Assembly (NCBI GenBank): GCA_017407755.1
Contig: JAFQVY010000015.1
Coordinates: 6,135-70,134, forward strand
DNA: 64,000 nt
Source of the DNA: Clostridia bacterium
Lineage (GTDB): Bacteria; Bacillota; Clostridia; Oscillospirales; Acutalibacteraceae
Direction: 5' to 3'
Every line of letters starts with the position of its first letter. Positions within the stretch are counted from its first letter, which is position 1. The translations under genes and the position numbers were made by a program. The notes beneath the pieces are model-generated. The model was not told the DNA's origin. It saw nothing but the letters and a program-made list of their open reading frames with translations, and ran no database searches. Below, piece after piece: positions 8,685 through 19,212 of this stretch.

Positions 8685-8994
8685 CAGGCTCTTGAATTTC
8701 TTGGGACTTTGCAGGCGTGCAGGTAAAATGAAAATCGGTTGCGACACGGTAATTGAATCCGTAGAGCTTGGCAACTCAAGACTTGTGCTTTTAGCAAGGG
8801 ATATTTCAGAAAATACCAAGAAAAAAATTCTTTCTGCCGTTAAAGACGGTGAATATGAAATTTTAACATACTCTAAAGATGAGCTTAGCTTTGCACTGGG
8901 CAAAACCTGTGCGGTGCTCTCATTGGAAGACGACGGGTTTGCTAAAAAAACCCGCCAGCTTATCTTAAACAGGGAGGAGAAACCGAATGATTAA
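8677..8994 (+). CDS. ylxQ: L7Ae-family ribosome-associated protein YlxQ
   Basis: [20 protein letters not shown]...LVLLARDIS pattern. A GTG start is preferred, with AAGGAG 10 nt upstream. It overlaps the ylxR stop. Confidence 0.8.
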   Translation: MNDRLLNFLGLCRRAGKMKIGCDTVIESVELGNSRLVLLARDISENTKKKILSAVKDGEYEILTYSKDELSFALGKTCAVLSLEDDGFAKKTRQLILNREEKPND

Positions 8995-11380
8995 ATATAA
9001 AATTCATGAGGTCGCAAAAGACCTTAACGTTTCCAGCAAAGAGGTTATAGAGGTTGTTGCCAAATACTGCGGTACAACAAAGAAATCTATGACTACTCTT
9101 GAAGAATCTGAGCTTGATGTAATTTTTGATTACTTTACTCAGAAAAACAATATGGAAAGCCTCAGCTCCTACTTTGCAGTACGCGACGAGGCAATTGAGG
9201 CTAAAGCAGAAGCCGAAGCAAAGCGCAAGGAAGAAGAGCGCGAGAAGAAGGCTCAGGCTAAAAAAGAGCTTGAAGCAAGCATCAAGGGTGAAAAAGCTCC
9301 TGAGAAAACTGATGCAAAGCCTCAGGAAAAACCTGAGAAGAAGGCAAAGAACCCCAAAAATTACGATGACATTGACACTACCTCTGAGATTAAATCCAAG
9401 CGTGCTCAGGGTAAAATCGTTAACACACGTACAGTTGACGTAAACGTTGAAAGATACAACGAAAAGTACGATAATCTTGCTTATGACAAGGTTAAGTCTG
9501 ACAGCAATATGTCAAAGGCAAAGCAGAAGATTAACCAGCGTTCACAGCAAAAGGGTAAGCCCAAGAATTCCAGAAAGGAAACCGAGGCAGAGCGTCTCAA
9601 GCGTATTGCTCAGGAGCGTAAGGCTAAGCCCATTACCGTTAAAATTCCTGAGGAAATCACTATTACAGAGCTTGCTCTTCGCCTTAAGGCTACTGCTGCC
9701 GAGGTTATAAAGAAAGCTTTCCTTATGGGCACAATGGTTACCCAGAACGACACCGTAGACTTTGACACAGCTTCTCTTATTGCTATGGAGTTTCACGCCA
9801 AGGTTGAGAAGGAAGTTGTTGTTACAATCGAAGAGAGAATTATCGACGACACAGTAGATGACGAGGCAAACCTTAAGGACAGAGCTCCCGTTGTTGTTGT
9901 TATGGGTCACGTTGACCACGGTAAGACTTCACTTCTTGACTATATCCGCCATGCAAACGTTACTGCAGGCGAGGCAGGCGGTATTACTCAGCACATCGGT
10001 GCTTACAGAGTAAACGTACACGACAGAGACATTACCTTCCTTGACACCCCCGGTCACGAAGCTTTCACAACAATGAGAGCAAGAGGTGCACAGGTAACAG
10101 ATATTGCAATCCTCGTTGTTGCCGCTGACGACGGTATTATGCCCCAGACCATTGAGGCTATTAACCACGCCAAGGCAGCAGGCGTTTCCGTAATTGTTGC
10201 AATTAATAAAATGGATAAGATTGCCGCTAACCCCGACAGAGTTATGCAGCAGCTTACAGAGCACGAGATTATCCCCGAAGCTTGGGGCGGTGATACTCCC
10301 TGTATGCCTATTTCCGCTAAGACAGGTATGGGTATCGATGACCTTCTTGAAATGGTTATTCTCGTTGCCGATATGAAAGAGCTTAAAGCCAACCCCGACC
10401 GTGCCGCTAAGGGTACAGTTATCGAAGCACGCCTTGATAAGGGCAGAGGCCCCATTGCCACTATCCTTGTTCAGAACGGTACACTTCATCAAGGCGACAT
10501 CGTTGTAGCAGGCACTGCCGTAGGTCGTGTTCGTGCTATGACAAATGAACGCGGCGAAAAGGTAAAGGTTGCAGGCCCTTCTGTTCCTGTTGAGATTACA
10601 GGTCTTGCAGAAGTTCCCACAGGCGGCGACACCTTTGACGCCGTTTCTGACGAGCGTCTTGCCCGTGAGCTTGTTGAAGAAAGAAAGGCTCAGAAGAAGG
10701 AAGAGCTCTTTAACTCTCAGACAAAGGTAAGCCTTGATAACCTCTTTGACCAGATGAAGCTCGGCGAGGTTAAGGAGCTTAAGATTGTTGTAAAGGCTGA
10801 CGTTCAGGGCTCTGTAGAGGCTGTAAGACAGTCTTTAGAGAAGCTTTCTAATGATGAAGTTCGCGTACACGTTATCCATCAGGGCGTTGGTGCAGTAAAT
10901 GAAAGCGACGTTATGCTTGCAAATGCATCAAATGCAATTATCGTAGGCTTTAATGTTCGCCCCGATGCTGTTGCCGCAGTAAATGCAGAGCGTGACGGCG
11001 TTGATATGAGACTTTACACCATCATCTACGACTGTATCGAAGAAATCGAATCAGCTATGAAGGGTATGCTTGCTCCTAAAACAAGAGAGGTTATCCTTGG
11101 TACTGCCGAGTGCCGTAACGTTATCAAGATTAAGTCCGTCGGCACAATTGCAGGTTGCTATGTTAAAAGCGGTAAGCTTGCAAGAAATGCACAGATAAGA
11201 GTTGTAAGAGACGGTATCATCATTGCTGAGGACGCTGTTTCCTCACTTCAGAGATTCAAGGACGCCGTAAAGGAAGTAGCCGAGGGCTACGAGTGCGGTC
11301 TCGGCCTTGAAAGATTTAACGATATTAAGGAAGGCGACATCTTCGAGGCATTTATTATCGAAGAATACCGCGAGGACTAA
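8987..11380 (+). CDS. infB: Translation initiation factor IF-2
   Basis: 797 aa with a K/E-rich N-terminal region and a GTPase domain ([28 protein letters not shown]). Confidence 0.98.
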   Translation: MIKYKIHEVAKDLNVSSKEVIEVVAKYCGTTKKSMTTLEESELDVIFDYFTQKNNMESLSSYFAVRDEAIEAKAEAEAKRKEEEREKKAQAKKELEASIKGEKAPEKTDAKPQEKPEKKAKNPKNYDDIDTTSEIKSKRAQGKIVNTRTVDVNVERYNEKYDNLAYDKVKSDSNMSKAKQKINQRSQQKGKPKNSRKETEAERLKRIAQERKAKPITVKIPEEITITELALRLKATAAEVIKKAFLMGTMVTQNDTVDFDTASLIAMEFHAKVEKEVVVTIEERIIDDTVDDEANLKDRAPVVVVMGHVDHGKTSLLDYIRHANVTAGEAGGITQHIGAYRVNVHDRDITFLDTPGHEAFTTMRARGAQVTDIAILVVAADDGIMPQTIEAINHAKAAGVSVIVAINKMDKIAANPDRVMQQLTEHEIIPEAWGGDTPCMPISAKTGMGIDDLLEMVILVADMKELKANPDRAAKGTVIEARLDKGRGPIATILVQNGTLHQGDIVVAGTAVGRVRAMTNERGEKVKVAGPSVPVEITGLAEVPTGGDTFDAVSDERLARELVEERKAQKKEELFNSQTKVSLDNLFDQMKLGEVKELKIVVKADVQGSVEAVRQSLEKLSNDEVRVHVIHQGVGAVNESDVMLANASNAIIVGFNVRPDAVAAVNAERDGVDMRLYTIIYDCIEEIESAMKGMLAPKTREVILGTAECRNVIKIKSVGTIAGCYVKSGKLARNAQIRVVRDGIIIAEDAVSSLQRFKDAVKEVAEGYECGLGLERFNDIKEGDIFEAFIIEEYRED

Positions 11381-11395
11381 GCCGGAGGTAAACTT

Positions 11396-11767
11396 ATGGC
11401 AAGTCATAAAATTTCAAGAACTACCGAAGACATCAAGCGTGAGCTTACTGCGATTTTAAGAGATGTCAAAGACCCCCGTGTTTCGGGTGCTTTTGTGTCA
11501 ATTATCCGTGTCGAGGTTACCAACGACCTCAGCTACTGCACCGTTTATATCAGTGCTTTAGAGGGTATGGCGAAGGCTCAGGAGGCGGTCAAGGGACTTA
11601 AATCCGCCGCAGGCTTTATAAGACGAGAGTTAGGACTTAGGCTTTCAATCCGCCACGTGCCTACACTTATCTTCAAGGCTACCGACTCAATTGAGTACAG
11701 TGCAAATATCTCAAAAATCCTTCACGACCTTGATATTAAAAGAGAGGAAACGGATACTGATGAATAA
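11396..11767 (+). CDS. rbfA: Ribosome-binding factor A
   Basis: 123 aa, RTTEDIKRELTAILRDVKDPRV, in canonical position after infB. Confidence 0.93.
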   Translation: MASHKISRTTEDIKRELTAILRDVKDPRVSGAFVSIIRVEVTNDLSYCTVYISALEGMAKAQEAVKGLKSAAGFIRRELGLRLSIRHVPTLIFKATDSIEYSANISKILHDLDIKREETDTDE

Positions 11768-12704
11768 TCTGAAAGCTGTTGCCCAAAAGCTTATGACCAT
11801 GGACAACATCGAAATCCTCACCCACCGCTATCCCGACGGCGACACCTTAGGCTCTGCCTATGCTTTGTGCTCTGCTTTACAGCAGTTAGGCAAAAATGCA
11901 AGAGTAATCACCGCCGGCGAGTCTGCAAAAAAATACGCCTTTCTTAAAAAAGGCGTAAAGGAGCAGGATTTTGAAAGAAAATATGTTGTAAGTGTAGACG
12001 TCGCCGCAACCTCTCTTTTAGGCGAAAACGAAGAAAAGTACAAAGACATCATCGATATTTGCATCGACCACCACGGTACAAATTCCATTGAAGCTAAAAT
12101 GAAGTACGTGGACGCTACCTCTGCTTCTGCAGCTGAAATTGTATTTGAACTTTTAGGTCTTATGACAGGCGTAATCCTCAATGAGCATATTGCAACCTGC
12201 ATTTACACAGGTCTTTCTACCGACACAGGCTGCTTCAGGTACACAAACACCACACCAAAAACCCACCTTATTGCCGCCAAAACCATGGCGGCAGGTGCTC
12301 CTTGGGAAAAGATAAACGCCGAAATGTTCGAGATTATGTCCCCTGCCCGCATTGAATTGCAGAAGCTTGTGTATAACACCTTAGAGCTTCATCTTTCGGG
12401 CAAGCTTGCCCTTATCGTTGTAACCCAAGCTATGCTTAAAAAAGCAGGCGTAGGAGATGACGAGGTAGAAGGTCTTGCCTCTATTCCAAGGCGAGTTGAA
12501 GGCGTTTTAATGGGCATTACAATCCGTGAAAAAGAAGACGGAGTTTTTAAAATTTCTGTTCGTACCAACGAGGGCGTTGACGCATCTGCCTATTGCAGTA
12601 TTTTTGGCGGCGGCGGTCATATTGCAGCTTCAGGCTGTACAATTGAGGGCACCCTTGACTTCGTAAAAACAGCCCTCATAAACGAGGCAAAGATGGTATT
12701 ATGA
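11760..12704 (+). CDS. nrnA: DHH/DHHA1 phosphoesterase (NrnA-like oligoribonuclease/pAp phosphatase)
   Basis: THRYPDGDTLGS, IDHH and GGGGH motifs. The start was set to the ATG at 11760, which overlaps the rbfA stop. Confidence 0.8.
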   Translation: MNNLKAVAQKLMTMDNIEILTHRYPDGDTLGSAYALCSALQQLGKNARVITAGESAKKYAFLKKGVKEQDFERKYVVSVDVAATSLLGENEEKYKDIIDICIDHHGTNSIEAKMKYVDATSASAAEIVFELLGLMTGVILNEHIATCIYTGLSTDTGCFRYTNTTPKTHLIAAKTMAAGAPWEKINAEMFEIMSPARIELQKLVYNTLELHLSGKLALIVVTQAMLKKAGVGDDEVEGLASIPRRVEGVLMGITIREKEDGVFKISVRTNEGVDASAYCSIFGGGGHIAASGCTIEGTLDFVKTALINEAKMVL

Positions 12705-13594
12705 ACGGAGTTCTCATAATAAACAAGCCTATGGATTTCACTTCCTTCGATGCGGTTGCAGTTACAAGAAAAGTATCAGGGCAAAGAAAGCTTGGCCACT
12801 GCGGCACACTTGACCCCAATGCAACAGGGGTACTGCCCGTACTTTTAGGTGGTGCTACAAAGGCTCAGGACATTCTCCCCAATCACGACAAAGAGTACGT
12901 AGCAGAGCTTAAATTCGGCACAAAAACCGATACCCTTGATATTTGGGGCAAAGTTTTAAGCGAAGAAAAATCCTCTGTTACCAAAGAGCAGTTTGAAGCG
13001 GTTCTCCCTAATTTCCGAGGTGAAATTATGCAAGTCCCCCCTATGTACTCCGCTTTAAAGCAACAGGGTCAAAGGCTTTACGATTTGGCACGTCAGGGCA
13101 TTGAAGTAAAACGTGAGGCTCGGCCCGTTACCGTTTACAGTTTAACTTCTGAAGGCTTCTACCAAGAAAATCAAACTGCAAAAATCAGAGTCAAATGCTC
13201 AAAAGGCACCTATATCCGCTCGCTTATTGACGATATCGGCAATGCCTTGGGCACCGTCGCTGTAATGACCGCTCTGTGCAGAACCTCTGCCTGCGGCTTT
13301 AACTTAGAGCAAAGTATCACTATAGACGGCCTTAAAACCTTAACCCCTGACGAAATCAAAGAAAGACTGCTTCCTATAGAAACTCTTTTTGAAAGCTACC
13401 TTCAGGTAAACGTGTCAGAGGCTCAGTCAGTCCGCTTTAAAAACGGCGGTGCATTAAGCCTTGAAAGGCTTCGAAATCTCCCCAAAAATTACAGCGAAAA
13501 TGAAATTTTCCGTGTAAAATACGAGGACAAGTTCTTAGGCTTGGGAGTAATAAAAGAAAAAGAGCTTAAAATCTTTAAGCTCTTCCAAACATAA
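12701..13594 (+). CDS. truB: tRNA pseudouridine-55 synthase TruB
   Basis: GHCGTLDPNATGVLPVLLG catalytic Asp motif, with a 4-nt overlap with the upstream gene. Confidence 0.95.
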   Translation: MNGVLIINKPMDFTSFDAVAVTRKVSGQRKLGHCGTLDPNATGVLPVLLGGATKAQDILPNHDKEYVAELKFGTKTDTLDIWGKVLSEEKSSVTKEQFEAVLPNFRGEIMQVPPMYSALKQQGQRLYDLARQGIEVKREARPVTVYSLTSEGFYQENQTAKIRVKCSKGTYIRSLIDDIGNALGTVAVMTALCRTSACGFNLEQSITIDGLKTLTPDEIKERLLPIETLFESYLQVNVSEAQSVRFKNGGALSLERLRNLPKNYSENEIFRVKYEDKFLGLGVIKEKELKIFKLFQT

Positions 13595-13620
13595 AAGGTG
13601 CTGAAAAATCAGCACCTTTT
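13593..13620. terminator. Bidirectional rho-independent terminator between truB and the convergent LRR gene
   Basis: AAAAGGTGCTGA / AAAA / TCAGCACCTTTT, a perfect palindrome with A/T runs on both sides. Confidence 0.85.
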
Positions 13621-13624
13621 GCTT

Positions 13625-15601
13625 TTATATAAGACCTGCCAGCTTTTTCTGAATTGCCGTAGCGTCTCTTACGTTTACTTTGCCGTCTAAATTAAAATCG
13701 GCGTTTATTTTATCCTGTGTGTTAAGTCCCACCATACCTGCAACATACTTTTGCAATGCAGTGGCGTCTTTTATGGTAAGTCTTTGGTCGCAGTCGATGT
13801 CGCCTAAAAGGGTGGATTCAGGCTTTAAATAACCGATTGACACAAACTCAAAGCCATTGGCATCAGCATAGGACTCTGCAATAGAATTTGTATAACCTTT
13901 TATAACAAAATCCTCAACCTTCTTAAAATCGGTAACTTCCCCTGTGTCGGTGTCGCGGGTGATGTTAAAGCCAAAAGCACCTGTTCCGATTTCGTCAACA
14001 GTGGCGGGAATAGTGATTTCTTTAAGGTTATAGCAGTTTGCAAAAGCAAAATCACCTATCGCTTTAAGGTTTTCGGGAAGCCTTACCTCACTAACACTTG
14101 CCATTGACCTGAAAGCATATCTGCCGATAGAGGTAAACCTGTCGGGCAAGTCCATAACAGAAATAGTAAAGTTGCCCTTATAGCCCAAAAGCACATTACC
14201 GATATAGGCGTAGCCTCTTTGATTTTCATACCAACGTGTATCATAAAAATCATCAATACCAAAGGCAACTGAGTTTTCGGGCAAGACGATTTCTTCTAAA
14301 TAATATTCTGAAAAAGCCTTATAGCCAACATACTGAGGCTCACCTAAAAAGGTTATTTTTTCAGCATCGCTTCCTACAAAAGCCTTGTCATAAATCACCT
14401 TTATATTTTCAGGCACAATAATATGTTTAATTTTGGCGTCTGCAAATGCAAATGTATATATAGCCTCGGTGGTATCGGCAAGCCTGTAAGTTTCGTACTC
14501 CTGATAAGGGAAAACCAGCAGGGTTTTCTTATCCTTGGTGTAAAGTGCACCGTCTACAGAGGTGTAATAGGGATTATCCTTATGAACAGAGAATTTTTTT
14601 ACACAGGCATGGCGGAAAGCATCACTTGGAATATGCACAATGGTTGAAGGAAGTTCTAAAACAGCCTCTCCTCCTATATGACTGATAGCACCTTCACAAA
14701 TGGCAGTTGTGCCCTCTTTGATTTTTACAATTTTGGTGTCTGCATAAGGGTTATAAAGGCTATAAAGTATATGCCCTATATACATTCCACCGTACTCATC
14801 ACTTTCAATGGCTGTCCAGTTAAAGGCGTCTTTACCGATATACGGAAGGGCATCTTTATCAATAGTAACCTTTAAGTTTTCGCTAAAGGCAAATGCTTCT
14901 TCGCCGATATACTGTATGTTTTTCCCTATATGCACCGACTCAAGTCCTGTGCCGCCAAAGGCATATTTGCCTATTTCTATAAGGCTATCCGGAAACGTAA
15001 CCTTCTTTAAGTTTTCGGCAGATGAAAAGGCATAATCAAAAACACATTCTACTCCCTTGGGAATGGCGTAGGCTTTGTCGGTTTTTCCGTCGGGATAGCA
15101 ATAAATAACCTTGCCGTCTTTAGAAAAAAGCACTCCGTCTATAGCCTTAAAATACTTATTCTCTGGTGCAACGGTATAGCTTTTAAAACTAATATCGTGA
15201 GCACCGAAAGCACCTGTGCCAATATAAGAAACATTTTTTGGAATATGTACTGAAGTAAGCAAGGTGTTTCTAAACGCCGAGGTACCAATATATTCAAGAG
15301 TATCGGGAAGCTTTACCTTATTAAACAGAATATGCTCAGCAAAAGCCTCCTCGGCAATGGCGGCAACAGGATAACCCCCGATTTTTGAGGGAATCACAAG
15401 GGTAAATTCCTCCTCCTTATTATATCTGCAATCGCCGATAATTACCTTGGTTGTGCCGTTATCGTCATAAAGTGCATAGATATACCTTATGCCGTTTTCG
15501 TCTGTATAAACATCGGAGTTTGCCGCATTTGCGGCAACTTCACCCGCAGTAATTATTAAAACCAAAACGAAGAAAAAGCTTAGCATTCTTTTGGCTGTCA
15601 T
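13625..15601 (-). CDS. Secreted BspA-type leucine-rich-repeat protein with C-terminal type I dockerin
   Basis: Signal peptide, many ~23-25-aa repeats (..IP..V..IG..AF..C..L..V..), and a C-terminal duplicated Ca-binding segment DIDCDQRLTIKDATALQKYVAG ... DFNLDGKVNVRDATAIQKKLAG. Confidence 0.85.
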   Translation of the reverse strand: MTAKRMLSFFFVLVLIITAGEVAANAANSDVYTDENGIRYIYALYDDNGTTKVIIGDCRYNKEEEFTLVIPSKIGGYPVAAIAEEAFAEHILFNKVKLPDTLEYIGTSAFRNTLLTSVHIPKNVSYIGTGAFGAHDISFKSYTVAPENKYFKAIDGVLFSKDGKVIYCYPDGKTDKAYAIPKGVECVFDYAFSSAENLKKVTFPDSLIEIGKYAFGGTGLESVHIGKNIQYIGEEAFAFSENLKVTIDKDALPYIGKDAFNWTAIESDEYGGMYIGHILYSLYNPYADTKIVKIKEGTTAICEGAISHIGGEAVLELPSTIVHIPSDAFRHACVKKFSVHKDNPYYTSVDGALYTKDKKTLLVFPYQEYETYRLADTTEAIYTFAFADAKIKHIIVPENIKVIYDKAFVGSDAEKITFLGEPQYVGYKAFSEYYLEEIVLPENSVAFGIDDFYDTRWYENQRGYAYIGNVLLGYKGNFTISVMDLPDRFTSIGRYAFRSMASVSEVRLPENLKAIGDFAFANCYNLKEITIPATVDEIGTGAFGFNITRDTDTGEVTDFKKVEDFVIKGYTNSIAESYADANGFEFVSIGYLKPESTLLGDIDCDQRLTIKDATALQKYVAGMVGLNTQDKINADFNLDGKVNVRDATAIQKKLAGLI

Positions 15602-15767
15602 AAAAAAACCTCCTAAAGTCTATAATATTCGACACAAATAGAGTATCATATCAGCCTCAGCGTTGTCAATTGTGTTAAACATAAAAATACAAGCAAACAA
15701 TTTATATGAAATGACGAAAATCCCCGCCGTTAATAAAACAGCGGGGATAATATATTGTTAACAGAAA

Positions 15768-17981
15768 TTAGTGGTTGTTTCTTCTGCCGCGGAAGTTGCC
15801 GCCTTTGCCGCCCTCTCTGCGGGGTCTGTCAGAAGCAGGGTCATTTTCGGGGGTTAAGCCGTCAACCTCAATTAAAACTGCTCTTCTGGAAAGGTTAAGT
15901 CTGCCCTTATCGTCAATCTCAAGGACCTTAACACGGATAACATCGCCAACGTTAACAACGTCACTTACCTTTTCTGTACGCTTAACGTCAAGCTGAGAAA
16001 CGTGAACAAGACCTTCCTTGCCGGGAGCAATCTCAACGAAAGCACCGAACTCCATAAGTCTTGTAACCTTACCCAAAAACATTGCGCCGGGCTCAGGGTC
16101 AACTGCGATAGTCTCAACAATGCTAAGTGCTCTCTTACAGTTTTCAGCATCAACACCGCTTACGAATACGTGACCAAAGTCGCCGTCTTCTTCGATGTCA
16201 ATCTTAACCTGACACTCAGCCTGAATCTCCTTGATTACCTTACCGCCCTTGCCGATAACTTCGGAAATCTTATCAGCAGGGATTGTTGTTGTAAGCATCT
16301 TGGGAGCATACTTAGAAAGCTCTGCTCTGGGCTCAGCAATAGCCTTAAGCATAATTTCGTCTAAGATATAGATACGAGCCTCGTGAGTTTTCTCAAGAGC
16401 CTCCTTGATAATTTCGGGAGTAAGACCGGAAATTTTAAGGTCCATCTGGATAGCTGTAATGCCGTCTCTTGTACCTGCTACCTTAAAGTCCATATCGCCG
16501 AAGAAGTCCTCAACACCCTGAATGTCAACCATTGTCATCCAACGCTCGCCCTCAGTAATAAGACCACAGGAAATACCTGCAACAGGCTCTTTAATGGGAA
16601 CACCTGCGTCCATAAGAGCAAGGGTTGAGCCGCAAACAGAACCCTGAGAAGTAGAACCGTTAGAAGAAAGAATCTCAGAAACCAGACGGATAGCATAGGG
16701 GAACTCCTCAACAGAGGGAATTACGGGAGCAAGAGCTCTTTCTGCAAGAGCACCGTGGCCGATTTCGCGTCTGCCGGGGCCGCGGCTGGGCTTTGTTTCA
16801 CCAACGGAGTAGCTGGGGAAGTTGTAGTGGTGCATATAACGCTTGTACTCTTCCTCGTCGATACCGTCTAAAAGCTGCTGGTCGGAAACAGGGCCCAAAG
16901 TTGCAACTGTAAGAACCTGTGTCTGACCTCTTGTAAATAAACCTGAACCGTGAACTCTGGGAAGAACGCCTACCTCGGAAGCAAGAGGACGAATGTCGTT
17001 CATACCTCTGCCGTCAACACGCTTCTGCTCGTCTAAAAGCCAACGGCGAACGATAAACTTCTGAGTTTTGTAGAGGCACTCGTCAATCTTAGCTTCACTT
17101 TCGGGATAAATCTCATCAAACTTCTCGTGAACAGCCTCGTAAATGGGCTTGAGTCTTTCGTCACGAACTGTTTTGTCATCAGTATCAAGAGCAAACTTTA
17201 TATCTTCCTCAGCGAAAGCCTTGATAGCCTCGAACATATCGTGGTCGGGCTCGTTAGATGGGTAGCTGAATTTCTCTTTGCCGATTTCAGCCTGAATACC
17301 CTTGATAAACTCGATAATGGGCTGGTTAGCCTCGTGGCCTGCCATAATAGCGTTAAACATAACCTCGTCGCTTACACAGTCAGCACCTGCCTCAATCATA
17401 GCAACACGGCTGTCTGTAGAAGCAACAGTAGTAGCCATTTTTGAACGCTCTCTCTGCTCTGCTGTGGGGTTAATAACGATTTCGCCGTCAACGTAGCCTA
17501 CAGAAACGCTTGAGATAGGGCCGTTCCAGGGAATGTCGGAAATAGAAAGAGCTAAAGAAACACCAACCATCGCTGCAATTTCAGGTGCACAGTCGGGATC
17601 AACGCTCATTACTGTACAAACGATGGAAACGTCGTTTCTCATATCCTTGGGGAAAAGGGGTCTGATAGGTCTGTCGATTACACGGCTTGTAAGGATAGCC
17701 TTCTCGGAAGGTCTTCCTTCACGCTTTAAAAAGCTGCCGGGAATCTTACCAACGGAATAGAGCTTTTCCTCAAAATCAACTGAAAGAGGGAAAAAGTCAA
17801 TGCCGTCTCTGGGCTTTGCAGCAGCAGTTACAGCAACGTGAACCACTGTTTCGCCGTAGCGAACAAAGCAAGCACCGTTTGCAAGCTGAGTTGTCTTACC
17901 TGTTTCGATAACTAAAGGTCTGCCTGCAAATTCGGTTTCGAAAGTTCTGAACTTGTCAAAAGTCATCATGGAATTTGCCAT
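15768..17981 (-). CDS. pnp: Polyribonucleotide nucleotidyltransferase (PNPase)
   Basis: Two RNase PH domains plus KH and S1 domains. The start was trimmed to MANSMMTF, with GGAGG 8 nt upstream. Confidence 0.97.
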   Translation of the reverse strand: MANSMMTFDKFRTFETEFAGRPLVIETGKTTQLANGACFVRYGETVVHVAVTAAAKPRDGIDFFPLSVDFEEKLYSVGKIPGSFLKREGRPSEKAILTSRVIDRPIRPLFPKDMRNDVSIVCTVMSVDPDCAPEIAAMVGVSLALSISDIPWNGPISSVSVGYVDGEIVINPTAEQRERSKMATTVASTDSRVAMIEAGADCVSDEVMFNAIMAGHEANQPIIEFIKGIQAEIGKEKFSYPSNEPDHDMFEAIKAFAEEDIKFALDTDDKTVRDERLKPIYEAVHEKFDEIYPESEAKIDECLYKTQKFIVRRWLLDEQKRVDGRGMNDIRPLASEVGVLPRVHGSGLFTRGQTQVLTVATLGPVSDQQLLDGIDEEEYKRYMHHYNFPSYSVGETKPSRGPGRREIGHGALAERALAPVIPSVEEFPYAIRLVSEILSSNGSTSQGSVCGSTLALMDAGVPIKEPVAGISCGLITEGERWMTMVDIQGVEDFFGDMDFKVAGTRDGITAIQMDLKISGLTPEIIKEALEKTHEARIYILDEIMLKAIAEPRAELSKYAPKMLTTTIPADKISEVIGKGGKVIKEIQAECQVKIDIEEDGDFGHVFVSGVDAENCKRALSIVETIAVDPEPGAMFLGKVTRLMEFGAFVEIAPGKEGLVHVSQLDVKRTEKVSDVVNVGDVIRVKVLEIDDKGRLNLSRRAVLIEVDGLTPENDPASDRPRREGGKGGNFRGRRNNH

Positions 17982-18091
17982 AATAAAATCCTCCTGTAAA
18001 AATATATATTTCACAGGGTTTACGTTACATTTAGCAATAAAACCAAGCCTTTTTTATAAAAAAGGCCTCGTTTTACCGCTAATCTGCAACA

Positions 18092-18122
18092 ATAAAAACC
18101 CTGTAATAAACGAAGTACAGGG
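18092..18122 (-). terminator. rpsO terminator / pnp leader hairpin
   Basis: Minus strand: CCCTGTA / 10-nt loop / TACAGGG followed by TTTTTATT. A second hairpin (GGGCAGACGG...CCGTTTGCCC, 18120-18146) shares its 3' CCC with this stem. Confidence 0.65.
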
Positions 18123-18158
18123 CAAACGGTAGAAAACCGTCTGCCCTTTAAAGCAAAA

Positions 18159-18422
18159 TTATTTACGGATACCAAGTCTTGCGATAATAGAACGATATCT
18201 CTCGATGTCAACCTTGATGAGGTAGTTGAGAAGAGCTCTTCTCTGACCAACTAACATAAGGAGACCGCGGCGGCTGTGGTGGTCCTTCTTGTGAACCTTG
18301 AGGTGCTCGGTAAGGTCAGAAATTCTCTTGGATAAGAGAGCGATCTGAACCTCAGGAGAACCAGTGTCGCCTTCGTGAGTTGCATACTCGGCAATAATTG
18401 CCTGCTTTTCTTCTTTAAGCAT
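18159..18422 (-). CDS. rpsO: 30S ribosomal protein S15
   Basis: 87 aa, [42 protein letters not shown]. Confidence 0.98.
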   Translation of the reverse strand: MLKEEKQAIIAEYATHEGDTGSPEVQIALLSKRISDLTEHLKVHKKDHHSRRGLLMLVGQRRALLNYLIKVDIERYRSIIARLGIRK

Positions 18423-18439
18423 TTTTATTCCACCTTTTT

Positions 18440-18520
18440 AAAATATTACCCACAGTCATAGGTACGGGACGGTGAAGTGCCGATTTTCGGCATACCCCGT
18501 ATCCAAGAGAGGGGCTTAAG
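18440..18520 (-). promoter_or_regulatory. Structured rpsO 5' leader (candidate S15 autoregulatory element)
   Basis: Nested helices on the minus strand. The outer helix is TACGGG(G) with CCCGTA (18463-18468 / 18495-18501). It encloses the hairpin TGCCG-AAAAT-CGGCA (18478-18492), between the promoter and the RBS. Confidence 0.5.
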
Positions 18521-18527
18521 CTTTGAT

Positions 18528-18556
18528 ATTATACCACGTTAAATTTAAAAAGTAAA
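18528..18556 (-). promoter_or_regulatory. rpsO promoter (extended -10)
   Basis: Minus strand: TTTACT, 17-nt spacer, TGgTATAAT. Confidence 0.6.
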
Positions 18557-18574
18557 GAGCTAAATTCAAAAAAA

Positions 18575-18931
18575 TTAACCTTTATTCTCTAAAATACCGT
18601 TAATAAAACCCATAACCGATTCTTTTTCTTTATTATTGAGAAGTCTCAGTCTTATAAGAAAATCCTGCTCGTCTTTTTTAAGGCTGTAGATAGGCGTGCT
18701 TGCGGAATCTGCCACCTTTGTGTTTTTCACTTCGCCAGACAAAAGGTAATCTACGTCAACTCCAAAAATATGTGCAAGCATAATAAGCGTTTTTATCTCA
18801 GGCTCGGTAATAGCTCTTTCGTAATTGCTATAGGTGCTTCTGTCAACACTAATCTGTACAGCAATCTGGCTTTGAGTAAATCCCATACCGCTTCTGAGCA
18901 GTTTAAGCTTCCTACCCAATTCCTTAGACAT
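18575..18931 (-). CDS. XRE-family HTH transcriptional regulator
   Basis: LKLLRSGMGFTQSQIAVQISVDRSTYSNYERAITEP is an HTH_3 signature. The start at MSKEL is preferred; an alternative lies 30 nt upstream at 18961. Confidence 0.8.
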   Translation of the reverse strand: MSKELGRKLKLLRSGMGFTQSQIAVQISVDRSTYSNYERAITEPEIKTLIMLAHIFGVDVDYLLSGEVKNTKVADSASTPIYSLKKDEQDFLIRLRLLNNKEKESVMGFINGILENKG

Positions 18932-19100
18932 TTCTCTTCCCCCATATTTATTTATTGCCACAGCTTTATTGTATAGTGAGTTTTCTTCACTTTCATTAAA
19001 ACGTGAATTATCCTCACAACCAAATAAAAATATCCGGCATAAATAAATATTGAAAACCGCTTATAAATATAGTATAATGAGTTACGCTTAAATTATACAA

Positions 19101-19176
19101 GCTGGTGTAGCTCAGTCGGTAGAGCAGCTGATTCGTAATCAGCAGGTCGCGTGTTCAAGTCACGTCACCAGCTCCA
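19101..19176 (+). tRNA. tRNA-Thr (anticodon CGU), CCA encoded
   Basis: Cloverleaf read by hand: acceptor GCTGGTG/CACCAGC, D arm GCTC-AGTCGGTA-GAGC, anticodon arm GCTGA-TTCGTAA-TCAGC, T arm GCGTG-TTCAAGT-CACGT, then discriminator T and CCA. Confidence 0.9.
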
Positions 19177-19182
19177 AGCAAA

Positions 19183-19212
19183 AAGCACTGCTGCAAGCAG
19201 TGCTTGTTTTTT
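19183..19212 (+). terminator. Rho-independent terminator after tRNA-Thr
   Basis: AAGCACTGCT / GCAA / AGCAGTGCTT followed by GTTTTTT. Confidence 0.85.

Noticed and set aside
9126-9710. Alternative-frame K/R-rich ORFs inside infB (9126-9443, 9447-9710)
   Set aside because: These are frame-shifted readings of the purine-rich, low-complexity N-terminal region of IF-2, not independent genes.
15982-18014. Long N-terminal extensions offered by the ORF track for pnp, ldh, the lipase, tetR, the HdeD-like gene, the ArsC-like gene, the XRE-AbrB gene, nrnA and others
   Set aside because: In each case an internal ATG, GTG or TTG with a properly spaced Shine-Dalgarno sequence gives a protein starting at the conserved N-terminus. 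The extensions overlap upstream genes or terminators.
18020-18250. 76-aa minus-strand ORF spanning the rpsO-pnp intergenic region
   Set aside because: It overlaps the 3' end of rpsO out of frame, and it covers the terminator and leader hairpins. It is best explained as non-coding pnp leader.
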